Notes under the pieces: generated by a model
What the model was told of the DNA's origin: nothing
Seen by the model: only the letters and a program-made list of their open reading frames with translations
The model's database searches: none
Part shown: piece by piece, positions 13,121 to 25,487 of the stretch
How positions within the stretch are numbered: position 1 is the stretch's first letter
Layout of the letters: every line of letters begins with the position of its first letter
Position numbers and translations under genes: made by a program
DNA from: Mobula hypostoma
Lineage: Eukaryota
DNA: 64,000 nucleotides
NCBI RefSeq assembly: GCF_963921235.1
Contig: NC_086097.1
Coordinates: 91,638,001 to 91,702,000, forward strand
Direction of reading: 5' to 3'

Positions 13121-13245
13121 CTACTAGAAGGAATAATCAATGATTCTGTCTTTGTGATTTTTCCACTGGGAGGCAGCTTTTCTAGGAAAGTGTCTGCATT
13201 GATGCTTTCAGATCCTACTGCTGCCTCCTCCTGTTGTATTTGATC
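13121..13245 (-). CDS. PACS2: PACS2 coding exon (~exon 12), DQIQQEEAAVGSESINADTFLEKLPPSGKITKTESLIIPSS(R)
   Basis: Within ORF 13117..13311; LPPSGKITKTESL motif; long T-tract then caaaag| and |gtaagc; 125 nt, phase 0-2. Confidence 0.92.
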
Positions 13246-13979
13246 CTTTTGTGAAACAAAAAAAAAACAAAAGAAACAAATGATATAAAAATAGCATGCA
13301 CCACAGAGCACCTCATCTTTGAGCGATGCACAATCCTTCTGTTTTGTTTGACATCCAGGGGCTTTATATTACCCAAATGGGAAACAGGGCTTACAGAGTA
13401 ATTGGTACTGAGCTTTCAACTTCACAAAAAATTCCTACTTTTAATCCAAGGTCTCAGCTGTGTGTCAGCACACAGTTGTACTTCAAACCCAACAGAGTAA
13501 GTTGCACATCTTACATTTCACTTACTTCTTAGGTGATTACATCCTCAAAAATGTACAATATATACCAATGATATGTTTAAAGCAAACAAACACTCAAGCA
13601 TTTTTCATTATTGGTGAACATTTAAGATAGAAGGAAATGAAAGAGTAAGCAAATGTGCTTCCTGAGGCAGATCTGCCATTCCATAAGATTAAGGCTGATA
13701 TAGCCTTGACCTCAATACCACTCTCCCTTGCACATCCTTTGATCTCTTATGATTCAAACATCTGTATTCCAGAGAGGTGTGTAGGTGGAGGTACTTAATA
13801 TCTTGAACATATTCAATGGCTCCACTTCCACAGCTATCAGGGATAAAGAATTCTGGAGATCCAAGTCATTGGAAAGAAGCTATTCCTCTTCCTTTCACTC
13901 AGAAATAGGTGACCCTTTTTTTCCTGAAACCATGTCCCATAATTCTCGACAACCCCAATAGGAGAAAAACCATCTCGGC

Positions 13980-15003
13980 ATCCATCCACCTGCATCTCTT
14001 CCATTTCACACACGTCTACCCTCACCCCATCCACCTGCCACCCCACCAGAGATAGGGATCGTCTTGTCTTCACCAGCCTGCACGTCCAGCACATAATTTT
14101 ACGTAACTTCCGCCATTTCCAATGGGGTCTCACCACCAAATGCATCTTTCCCTTCCCGCCACTTTCCACAGAGATCACTCCCTACATGACTCCTCTGTTC
14201 TTTTATCGCTTCCCACTGATCTCTCTCCTGGTACTTATCTTTGCAGGCAGAACAAGTGCCACACCTGCCCCTGCACCTCCTTCCTCACTAACATTAGTCC
14301 TTCCAGGTGAGGCGGCACTTCACCTGGGAGTCTGTTGGGGTCATCTACTATATCCGGTGCTCCTGGTATGGCCTCCTGTATATCGGTGAGGCTCGATGTG
14401 GATTGGGAGACCACTTCGCCGAGCACTTACGCTCCGCCCTCCAGAAAAAGCAGGATCTCTCATTGGCCACTCATTTCAATTCTACTTCCCATTTCCATTC
14501 TGACATGTCAGGTCGTGGCTCCTCTACTGCCACAATGAGGCTACACTCAGGTTGTAGGAGCAACACCTTATATTCCCACTGGGTAGCCTCCAACCTGATG
14601 GCATGAACACCATTTTCACAAACTTCCAGTATTTGCCCCCCCACTTCCCATTCTCCATTTCCCTTTCTCATCTTATCTCCTTACTTCCCCATCACCTCCC
14701 TCTAGTGCTCCTCCCTGTTCTCTTTCTTCTATGGCATTCTGTCCTCTCCAATCAGATTCCCCCTTCTCTAGCCCTTTATCTCTTTCACAAACTGGCTTCC
14801 CAGCTCTTTACTTCACCCCTCCCCTCTCCCAGTTTCACCTATCACTGACTACATTTGTACTCCCCACCTTCTTACTCTGATTTCATATCTTTATCCAGTC
14901 CTGATGAAGGGTCTTGGAATGTCAACTGTTTACTCTTTTCCAAGATGCTGCCTGGCCTGCCAAGTTATTACTTTGATTTCCAGTATCTGCAGATTTTCTC
15001 TTG
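13980..15003 (+). mobile_element. Penelope-like element (probably Neptune-type), 5'-truncated: Cys-rich linker, GIY-YIG endonuclease, 3' pLTR
   Basis: TYLCRQNKCHTCP linker and VIYYIRCSWYGLLYIGEAR..LGDHFAEHLRS GIY-YIG motif (ORF 14307..14606); degenerate hammerhead cagtcctgatgaagggtc at ~14897; 5' boundary approximate. Confidence 0.85.
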
Positions 15004-15524
15004 TTTCTCACGTCAAACCCACTCAGAAAATCTTCTATATTTAAAGAAGGCCATCTTTCATTCTTCTGAACTTCAGTAAGTGTAATTTGTTCAATCTCAC
15101 TTCATTCATCAACCCCTTCCTACATCTCAGGAACCAAACTCAAGAAACTTCTCTGCACTCTCTCAAAAGTAAGTACATCTTCCTTTTAAATATTTTTTTA
15201 AAAATGAGCACAGCACTTCACTCCAGGTGTTCTCACCAGCGCCCTGAAAGGTTAGATCTAAACTTACCCACTATTACACTTGATACAATTGCAACAAAGT
15301 CTCACATTCCACTAGCCCTCCAGATTACACAAAGCTGCACCCCAGCCGCTCGTGCTTCACACACAAGACATCCAAAAATGGTTGTATTACACATTTTGGA
15401 GTGAATTTAAATATTAATTCTATTTTAATTTTACCTTCCAAACTCCCTATGTTCCCCACATTATTGCTGGCTCAGCCTGTTGAATCTTCCTGCTGTTGTC
15501 CACTCATTAACAAGATCTTTGCAC

Positions 15525-15760
15525 ATTATCCCCTGGGTACTCCGGTTTATCCCAAAAATATGCAAAGTTGAGCTAATTAGTCACTGTAAATTGCCTTTGC
15601 TGTGTAGGTGAGTAGCAGTATCTTGTTGGTGGGGGTGGGGGGGAAGAATGGTGGTAGATGGGGAGTTGATAGGAACATGGAAAGAATAAAATGGGATTAG
15701 TGTAGTATTATGTAAATACATATTTGGATGACTGGTACCGTCTTAGTGGACAGAAAAGTA
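15525..15760 (+). mobile_element. V-SINE (HE1-like) fragment
   Basis: ccctgggtactccggttt..ccca...taattagtcactgtaaattgcc, V-domain-like and similar to 38773-39050. Confidence 0.6.
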
Positions 15761-16028
15761 CAGAGAATGACATGAACAAAATGTTTTACTCTCGACTTGG
15801 GCAAGTATGGGAGTTTGGTGCCGACAGGTGCTTCAAAGTCAGCCTAGAAAATTACACTACCTGATATTTTCGGGGGTTTAAGAAAAAAAAAATCCAAGTA
15901 GCATCAGAGGTCAGGAGAAACCTGATTTTTCAACCAGTATCACAGGTTCCTGGTGATTGTAGTTTCTATTTTAGTGATGAAAATAGAGGTATGAAATAAA
16001 TGAGCAGATATTGGACAAGGAGGCAATT

Positions 16029-16279
16029 ACATAGAAACATAGAAAACTTACAGCACAATACAGGCCCTTTGGCCCACAAAGTTGTGCCGAACATGTCCCT
16101 ACCTTAGCAATTACTAGGGTTACCCATAGCCCTCTATTTTTTTAAGCTCCATGTATCTATCCAAAAGTCTCTTAAACAACCCTATCGTATCTGCCTCCAC
16201 CACTATTGCCGGCAGCCCATTCCACGCACTCACCACTCTGTGCGTAAAAAACTTACCGCTGACATCCCCTCTGTACCTA
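16029..16279 (-). mobile_element. Young CR1 LINE 3' fragment
   Basis: (acatagaa)n tail; reverse complement closely matches 17960-18220. Confidence 0.9.
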
Positions 16280-16800
16280 CAGTCAAGGGAATGGATGACA
16301 GATCAATAAATTAATATATTGGTCAAACTGTGGAGAAAATGGGCAACTGTCATGTCTTAGAGGAGAAGTGTGTTAGCAAAACATTAAAAAACTTTTTGGT
16401 GGTAATTCCACCAACCCAGACGTTAGCTAGAACTTTTACAAGGTAAATGGCATAGAAGGTGCAGAATTCTTGTAATGTGTTCAAAGTTTTTTTTTATTTT
16501 AAAGCATCCCAAATAGAAAAGTTACGGCATGGAATTTAGTTCTGAATGCTTTTTTTTATTTTTGCAGAATGTGATGTTACTGGCTTGAACAGCATTTATT
16601 ATTCATCCCTAATTTTCCCTTCAATTATTTCAGTTAAGAGTCAACCACAGACAGGATAAGGATGAGAAATGTCCTTTGCTAAAGGACAGTTGAGAATCAG
16701 ATACAGGTGGTGACAATCTAAGTTGCATGGTTACATAATGCATTTTATTTCGTATTTACTTAATTACTTGAATTTAATCCCCCAACTGCAAAACTCTACT

Positions 16801-18220
16801 TTCAAGAAAGGGAGAAGAGATGGCCCAGGCAATTATAGACCAGTGAGTCTTACTTTAGTGGTTGGTAAGTTGATGGAGAAGATCCTGAGAGGCAGGATTT
16901 ATGAGCATTTGGAGAGGTATATTATGATTAGGAATAGTCAGCATGGCTTTGTCAAGGGCAGGTCGTGCCTTACGAGCCTGACTGCGTTTTTTGAGGATGT
17001 GACTAAACACATTGATGAAGGAAGAGCAGTAAATGTAGTGTATATGGATTTCAGCAAGGCATTTGATAAGGTACGCCATGCAAGGCTTATTGAGAAAGTA
17101 AGGAGGCGTGGGATCCAAGGGGACATTGTTTTGTGGATCCAGAAATGGCTTGCCCACAGAAGGCAAAGAGTGGTTGTAAATGGGTCATATTCTGCATGGA
17201 GGTCGGTGACCAGTGGTGTGCCTCGGGGATCTGTTCTGGGACCCTTACTCTTTGTGATTTTTGTAAATGACCTGGTTGAGGAAGTGGAGGGATAGGTTAG
17301 TTAATTTGCTGATGACACAAAGGTTGGGGGTGTTGTGGATAGTGTGGAGGGCTGTCAGAGGTTACAGCGGGACACTGATAAGGTGCAAGATTGGGCTGAT
17401 AAGTGGCAGATGGAGTACAACCCAGATAACTGTGAGGAGGTTCATTTTGGTAGGTCAAATATGGTGGCAGAATATAGTATTAATAGCAAGACTCTTGGCA
17501 GTGTGGAGGATCAGAGGGATGTTGGGGTCTGAGGCTACAGGATACTCAAAGCTGCTATGCAGGTTGACTCTATGGTTAAGGTGGCATACAGTGCATTGGC
17601 TTTCATCAACAATGGGATTGAGTTTAAGGGCCAAGAGGTAATGCTACAGCTATATAGGACTCTGGTCAGACCTACTTGGAGTTACTGTGCTCAGTTCTGG
17701 TCACTTCACTACAGAAAGGATGTGGAAGCTATAGAAAGAGTGCAGAGGAGATTTACAAGGATGTTGCCTGGATTGGGGAGCATGCCTTATGAAAACAGGT
17801 TGAATGAACTCAGCCTTTTCTCCTTGGAGCGATGGAGGATGAGAGGTGACCTGATAGAGGTGTATAAGATGATGAGAGGCATTGATCGTGTGGATAGTCA
17901 GAGGCTTTTTCCCAGGGCTGAAATGGCTGCCACAAGAGGGCACAGGTTTAAGGTGCTGGGGAGTAGGTACAGAGGAGATGCCAGGGGTAAGTTTTTTACA
18001 CAGAGAGTGGTGAGTGCGTGGAATGGGCTGCCGGCAACGGTGGTGGAGGTGGATACAATAGGGTCTTTTAAGAGACTTTTGGATAGGTACATGGAGCTTA
18101 GAAATATAGCGGGCTATGGGTAACCCTAGTAATTTCTAAGGTAGGGACATGTTCGGTACAACTTTGTGGGCCAAAGGGCCTGTATTGTGCTGTAGGTTTT
18201 CTATGTTTTCTATGTTTCTA
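16801..18220 (+). mobile_element. Young CR1 LINE (subfamily A), 5'-truncated, RT domain to 3' tail
   Basis: [42 protein letters not shown] motifs; stops and frameshifts; ttctatgt tail. Confidence 0.95.
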
Positions 18221-18608
18221 AAACTGGGATTTTTGTCTCCAGGTCAGTATTTTAGTTTCCTGGAATACCAGTCTAGTAATATACCATTGTACTGCAGCAC
18301 CACTTGTAAACTGGTTAAAGGAAAAGGGTGGAAGTGGAGAACATCTGAGGCAACAATCATAATTTCATAAGATTTAGGAGAGTTGTGGAACAGGAAAGAC
18401 AAACCAGGAATAAAAGCTGTTAATCAGGAAAAAGATATTTTCGTTGGTTGAGATGACTTAGCAAAAGTGGGATCGAAACTGTCACTTTCAGTCAGTATCA
18501 GAGCAGTAAAAAGGTGAGTATTCAGAACAAGTAAATCCCCAAGACTGGAGCTAAACTTCCAAATGTACTCCATATGTCAAATGACAGAGTTGCACAAGAA
18601 AAAAAACA

Positions 18609-18610
<2 letters not shown>

Positions 18611-18654
<44 letters not shown>
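18611..18654. repeat. (AT)n microsatellite
   Basis: Direct read. Confidence 0.97.
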
Positions 18655-18661
<7 letters not shown>

Positions 18662-18980
18662 TCCAAATACTGAGTGCTCAATATTGCAGAAAACCAAGTG
18701 CAATGGTGAAACTAAGAAAGGAGATAGAAAAGTGAGAGGAAAAAGTAATGGTAGATAAAGAAGGGACTTAAGATGTTCTGTGAAAGGACAGAGGACAACA
18801 AAGCATAGGGCCCATTAGAAATCAAACGATATAATGAACGTGGAGACACATTCTAAATGATTCAAAACTACTGACACATTAGGACACATTCAAACTAAAT
18901 TATTGGTTTGCATCTAATTTCATGGAAGAGGAAGCTGATATAAACAATGTAATTGAATAATAATAAAAACCTATTTACTA

Positions 18981-21809
18981 CAAGTCAAGTCAACTTTATT
19001 GTCATTTAAGTATATACACGTATACCATCAAACCAGTCAACGTTTCTCCGGACCAAGGCGTAAAGCAGAGCAGTACACACAACACCTTAGAATTGAATCT
19101 ACTTTCTAATTTACTAATTTACTAATTGAAACTAAATTCATTACTTAGCCTAATAGGTTAGATTTACCACAGTACATAATTATCTATTTAAATGTTTATT
19201 TTGCTTTTATGTCATCTCAATGTGTACTTAAGAATGTATAAATAATTGTAGTTTTATACATATAAAAAAATGGAAAAGGTTATATGTGTGAAAAAAGTAC
19301 ATGATAATTGTGAACTCCTTATCCAAATAAAAATAAAATTAAAAAAAAAGAATTGAATCTACAAGTGCAGAGAAAAACAGAGTACAGTACAAAAATTAAA
19401 TATTGTAAGTACAGTGCAAATTATCTGTGACATTATGAATGCGATGCAGCAGGGAGTTCAGAATCCCAATGGCCTGGGGGAAGAAACTGTTTCCCATCCT
19501 GATAATTCTTGCCTTTATGCATTGAAGTCTCCTGCCTGATGGTAGAAAGTCAAAAAGGATACTGGATGGATGGGTGGCATCTTTGATAGTACTAAGGATC
19601 CTGAATATGCAGCGCTCCTGATAAATGTCCCCATTGGATGGGAGGGAGACCCCTATGATCCTCTTGGCTGTTTTCACAGTCCAATGCTCTGCTGCTCCCA
19701 TACTAGAAGGAGAGGCAGTTTGTCAGGACACTCACAATGGTGCTGCTGTAAAATACAGTTAAGCTGGGGAGGGGGGGAGCCTCACTTGCCTCAACCTACT
19801 CATTGTGGAGGTGCTGCTGTGTCTTCTTATTCAAGGAGGTGATATTGAGGGATTAAGTGAGGTCATTAATGATGTGAACTCCCAAGAGCTCGGTGCAATT
19901 AACTTTCTCTACAGAGCAGCCATCTATGCACAGGGGGCATGACTCATCTGCACCTTCTTAAAGTCCACAATCATTTCCTTGGTCTTCACCACGTTCAGAC
20001 TTGTGTTGTTGTTTTCACACCAGTCCACCAGCTGCTCCACTTCCTCTCTGTACTCTGACTCATTATCGTTGCTGATGAGGCCAACCACTGTTGTGTCATC
20101 TACAAACTTGGTGATACGGTTTGAGCTTAATCCTGCGACACAGTCATGTATCAGTAATGTGAACAGCAATGACTGAGCACGCAGCCCTGGGGAGCACTAG
20201 TGCTCAGTGTAATGGGACCTGAGATGTTGCTATCCAGACGGACTGATGTGTGGCCTTTCTGTTAAGAAGTCCAGTATCCAGTTACAGAGGGAGGTGTTGA
20301 GACCCAGCAAGGATGGTTTCCCCACTAGCTTCTGGGCTATGATTATGTTAAATACTGAAATGAAGTCTATAAAAAGCAGCCTGGCATATGAGAGCTCATT
20401 TTCCAGGTGGGACAGAACAGAGTGGAAGGCAGAGGCTATGGTATCATCTGTAGATTGACTCAAGCGATAAGTGATCTGGAAAGGGTCCAGTATAGCCAGG
20501 AGAAAGGCTTTAATGTGGCCCATGATAAGCCGCTCAAAGCATTTCATAATCGTTGATGTTAATGCCGTAGGATGATAGTCATTTAGACAGGTTACTATCA
20601 CCTTCTTTGGCACTGGAATGATGGTTGCCACCTAGAAAACCAAGGGGACAATGGACTGTTCCAGAGAGATGTTGAACATATCAGTCAGCACCTCCGTTAG
20701 CTAGGCTGCACAGTCTTTCAAAACCCGACCTGGTATGTTATCGAGCACCACAACTTTGCAAGGATTGACTCTTTGAACGTTCTCTAATTCGTGTTTTCAA
20801 AGCAGTCCTGCAATGCTGAGATTGCCCCCTTGGGCCAGGTTTTCACCACCTTTAGAACTGCTTTGGCCCGTTTGATCAGTGGTTTGTATGCTGGAATTAA
20901 TAACAGGTAAGTGATCTGAGAGCCCAATGTGGGGTTGGGGAACGGCTTTGTGTGCACCTGGTATATTAATGTAAACCACGTCAAGTGCATTTCCACCTCT
21001 GGTAGCAGAACCAACATGCTGGTGGAATTTAGGAAGGACTGTTTTTAGGTTTCCAGCAACAATGAAGATAACAGCGGGGTGTTTGGTTTGAAAGCCACTG
21101 AGGGTGCTGTACAGCTCACACAGTGCTTTGCCAGCATTAGAAGTGGGGGGGGGGGGGAGAGGAGGGATATATACAGCAACACAATTGTAGTGAACTCCCT
21201 TGGCATATAAAAAGGTTTGCACTTCACTAGAATGAACTGCTAACGTGTCCGTACACCAGTTAGTTCTTATTTATGTAAATACAGATGCCAGATCTCAGGT
21301 CTTGCCTGAGATCGCTGGATTCCTGTCAGCCCGAAACAAGCTGAAACGCTCCAGCTGGATGGCTAGTCCAGGATGGTGCCCTGTAGCCACGTTTATGTGA
21401 GAATGAGTGCACAGTTGTTCTTCATTTCTCACTTGTTCAGTCTCAGGTGCAGGTAGTCCAGTTGATTTTCAATTCAATGAAGATTTGCCAGTAAGAATGA
21501 CAGGAGAGCCGGCCTGAAGGGCTTCCATTTGATTCTCTCCTGAAATCCCAGCACGCTTCCTCCTCTTTTGCTTCCCTGCGCACTGCTGTCGACGGCGTCT
21601 CCCGTGGATGGCAATAGCAGGCAATGGAGTGAGCAATAAGCCCGAGCTGTAGAGCTCCTCTGTAGTCCAACAGCTCACTAGTGAGGTGGAATTGCTGTCC
21701 ACAGTATTTTTAATAGCCAGCAGTGTTTTCCAATCAAAACAAAGACATACAGGACATGGACGAAGTATTACACTGGAGATGGAGTGGCGTCTGAATGCAC
21801 CACCATCTT
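18981..21809 (-). mobile_element. Rex1/Babar-like LINE, near full length but degraded
   Basis: APE remnants (VAVYIPP...ATRGGNALD), RT remnants ([29 protein letters not shown]), C-terminal HPS...LPSGRR; (cttga)n tail; 5' aagatgg. Confidence 0.88.
19103..19348 (+). mobile_element. AT-rich polyadenylated retro-insertion with 14-bp TSD
   Basis: TSD agaattgaatctac 19089-19102 and 19349-19362; AATAAA at ~19326 followed by A-rich tail. Confidence 0.8.
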
Positions 21810-22153
21810 AAGCCATTGTGCCAAACAACAAACTTAGTGCTTCAGCATTTTGAGGAGTGGATAAGCAATCTAGTTTAAATACAGTATGTCCCAGGTCCCA
21901 TTAAAAAAAATGCTAAGAATTAAAAATACAAGTTCCAATCATCATTTTCTTAATTGTTTATAGCTACAGGCATGGTGCCAAAGGACTAGAAGACTGCTAA
22001 TATGCCGATCCTATTTCATTAGGGAAAAAAGGATAAACCAAGTAGCCATTGAACTGTGACCGGCAAATTACTCAAAAAAATCCAAGGGACAATATAAACC
22101 AGCATTCTGTAAGGCACAGCATAATCAAGAATGATCAGCCTAGGTACTTAAAG

Positions 22154-23430
22154 CAGTGGTCCCCAACCACCGGGCCGTGGACCGGTACCAGGCCGCAAAG
22201 CATGTGCTACCAGGCCGTGAGGAAACGGTATGATTTGGCGATATGAAATGATATGAGTCAGCTGCACCTTTCCTCATTCCCTGTCATGCCCACTGTTGAA
22301 CTTGAACGCACGCGAGGTCATCAGTGACCCAAGATGCAAATGACCCAAGACGTGCAAAGGAATGGGTCCGTGACCCATTTGTGAATGTTTCCGGTGAATC
22401 ATTCACATCAGCGTGGGAAAAAGATCAATTCCTCGAGCTTGCAAATGACGGTGGGCTGAAAAGTATGGCTGACATGACGTCTCTGCCGGCATTCTGGATC
22501 AAAGTCAAGGCTGAATATCCTGAGATAGCCACAAAAGCACTGAAAACGTTACTTCCATTTCCAACATCATATCGCTGCGAAGCGGAGTTTTCTGCAATGA
22601 ATGCAACGAAAACTAAATTGCAGAACAGACGGGACATAAAGAACCCCCTTCGAGTATCGCTGTCTCCCATCACCCCTCGATAGGACCGTGTTGTTGCAGG
22701 AAAACAAGCCCAGGGCTCCCACTGATTCAGCGATATTGGTGTGTTGCAATGATTTTATATGTTCGTACAGGGAAAATATGCGCTGTGTGTTTAATATCCA
22801 AACGTTACTTAAAATGTTATGATGCCATTGACTTATAAGTGACTTATAATTCAGTGGTCCCCAACCTCCGGGCCACAAAGAATGCAGGGGTGCAGCGGTG
22901 GCCGGAACTCACCCAGCACATCTTTAAGAAAAAAGCCGAAATAAACAGGAACTTTGATTAGGTGCCACCCGGCATGTAAATGTCGCAGAGGTGATTGCTG
23001 ATTGTGTCGCCTCTGATCTGGGCCGACATTTACGTGTCGGGCAGCACCTAATCAATTAGCTTGTTTATTTTGGCTTTTTTCTTAAAGATGTGCTGGGTGC
23101 GTTCCGGCTACCGCTGTACCGCTGCATTCTTCGCGGCAATGAATCGGTCCGCGGCCCGGAGGTTTGGGACCACTGTTATAATTGACTTATCACTATATTC
23201 ATGCGAGGAAAATATGCGCTGTGTGTTTAATATTAAATTTGTTAGATAAACCGCTTTAAAAACGAAATTGAGTATATTAGCCACTTATTAGTGACTTCTA
23301 GTTGACTTACCACCTATATTCCGGTCGTGATTAACACCCCCCAACCCCCCACCCCCCCCGGGTCAGCCGGTCCACAGAGTATTGTCAATATTAAACCGGT
23401 CCGCGGTGCAAAACTGGTTGGGGACCCTTG
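22154..23430 (+). mobile_element. Non-autonomous hAT (Buster/Charlie) DNA transposon with transposase dimerisation-domain remnant
   Basis: TIR cagtggtccccaacc / ggttggggacccttg; flank cttaaag duplicated; ORF 22324..22683 with FW...YP.IA.KAL..LLPF.TSY.CE..FS. Confidence 0.9.
22852..23175. mobile_element. Palindromic hAT MITE nested in the hAT element
   Basis: TIR cagtggtcc, perfect 8-bp TSD ttataatt (22844-22851, 23176-23183); long internal inverted repeat. Confidence 0.92.
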
Positions 23431-23710
23431 CTTAAAGGAAAGGTGCATGTCTGACTGATGACTTGGTTTTTTGAGAAAGTATAGTATGATGAAGGTGATG
23501 CAGTTCCCATATGACAAACTGATAAGGAAAGTTTAAAGCCATAAAATCCCAAGTAAAAGGGCAAGTTGGATCAAAACTGGCTCAAAGTCTGCCTTCTGTG
23601 CTGTAAAGTGCTAAGCCCTTTTCTCAGCACTCTCCTTGTATTTCAGCTCCAGGCTACACATGCCTGCATGATTCAACATGGGTCCTAAAGTACACATGCT
23701 TAATACTCAC

Positions 23711-23782
23711 AGCTGATGAAATATCAGAAATGTCCATGTGAAATTTGCTTGGAGAGTGTTTGAGCTTTTCGGGTATATCTAT
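23711..23782 (-). CDS. PACS2: PACS2 coding exon (~exon 11, divergent), IDIPEKLKHSPSKFHMDISDISSA
   Basis: Weak similarity to human ADVPEKTRSLGG...SDTVAL; branch point GACTAAC (23809-23815), pyrimidine tract, atacag| and |gtgagt; 72 nt, phase 0-0 fits neighbours. Confidence 0.85.
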
Positions 23783-23867
23783 CTGTATGAAGCAGAAGAA
23801 TACAGTAGGTTAGTCACACACAAAACCTAAACTGGGACAGAGGAGAAGGCGGCAATTTGGGAACACA

Positions 23868-25487
23868 GAACATAGAACATAGAATAGTACAGCACATTAC
23901 AGGCCCTTCAGCCCACAATGTTGTGCCGACCCTCAAACCCTGCCTCCCACATAACCCCCCACATTAAATTCCTCCATATACCTGTCTAGTAGTCTCTTAA
24001 ATTTCACGAGTGTATCTGCCTCCACCACTGACTCAGGCAGTGCATTCCACGCACCAACAACCCTCTGAGTAAAAAATCTTCCTCTAATATCCCCCTTGAA
24101 CTTCCCACCCCTTACCTTAAAGCCATGTACTCTTGTATTGAGCAGTGGTGCCCTGGGGAAGAAGTGCTGGCTATCCACTCTATCTATTCCTCTTATTATC
24201 TTGTACACCTCTATCATGTCTCCTCTCATCCTCCTTCTCCCAAAGAGTAAAGCCCTAGCTCCCTTAATCTCTGATCATAATGCATACTCTCTAAACCAGG
24301 CAGCATCCTGGTAAATTTCCTCTGTACCTTTTCCAATGCTTCCACATCCTTCCTATAGTGAGGTGACCAGAACTGGGCATAGTACTCTCCAAGTGTGGCC
24401 TAACCAGAGTTTTAGAGAGCTGCATCATTACATCGCGACTCTTAAACTCAATCCCTCGACTTATGAAAGCTAACACCCCATAAGCTTTCTTAACTACCCT
24501 ATCTACCTGTGAGGCAACTTTCAGGGATCTGTGGACATGTACCCCCAGATCCCTCTGCTCCTCCACACTACCAAGTATCCTGCCATTTACTTTGTACTCT
24601 GCCTTGGAGTTTATCCTTCCAAAGTGTACCGCCTCACACTTCTCCGGGTTGAACTCCATCTGTCACTTCTCAGCCCACTTCTGCATCCTATCAATGTCTC
24701 TCTGCAATCTTCGACAATCCTCTACACTATCTACAACACCACCAACCTTTGTGCTGTCTGCAAACTTGCCAACCCACCCTTCTATCCCCACATCCAGGTT
24801 ATCAATAAAAATCACGAAAAGTAGAGGTCCCAGAACAGATCCTTGTGGGACACCACTAGTCACAATCCTCCAATCTGAATGTACTCCCTCCACCACGACC
24901 CCCTGCCTTCTGCAGGCAAGCCAATTCTGAATCCACCTGGCCAAACTTCCCTGGATCCCATGCCTTCTGACTTTCTGAATAAGCCTACCTTGTGGAACCT
25001 TGTCAAATGTCTTACTAAAATCCATGTAGATCACATCCACTGCACTACCCTCATCTATATGCCTGGTCACCTCCTCAAAGAACTCTATCAGGCTTGTTAG
25101 ACACGATCTGCCCTTCACAACGCCATGCTGGCTGTCCCTGATCAGACCATGATTCTCTAAATGCCCAGAGAGCCTATCTCTAAGAATCTTTTCCAACAGC
25201 TTTCCCACCACAGACGTAAGGCTCACTGGTCTATAATTACCCGGACTATCCCTACTACCATTTTTGAACAAGGGGACAACATTTGCCTCCCTCCAATCCT
25301 CCGGTACCATTCCCGTGGACAACGAGGACATAAAGATCCTAGCCAGAGGCTCAGCAATCTCTTCTCTCGCCTCGTGGAGCAGCCTGGGGAATATTCCGTC
25401 AGGCCCCGGGGACTTATCCATCCTCATGTATTTTACCAACTCCAACACCTTCTCTCCCTTACTACCAACATGCTCCAGAACATCAAC
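23868..25487 (-). mobile_element. Young CR1 LINE (subfamily B), 5'-truncated
   Basis: ORF 24663..25448 KSPGPDG...NYRPVSLT...KFADSTK; (ctatgtt)n tail. Confidence 0.95.

Larger units (their letters stand above)
16390..23585 (+). mobile_element. Ancient CR1 ORF2 relic split by younger insertions
   Basis: Collinear degraded pieces at ~16390-16550, 18300-18960, 21850-22153 (acaggcatggtgccaaaggactagaagactgctaat) and 23431-23585. Confidence 0.6.

Noticed and set aside
22324..22683. Domesticated ZBED/Buster gene exon
   Set aside because: Only the C-terminal remnant, inside TIRs and a duplicated flank, ending in a premature stop; no splice context identified
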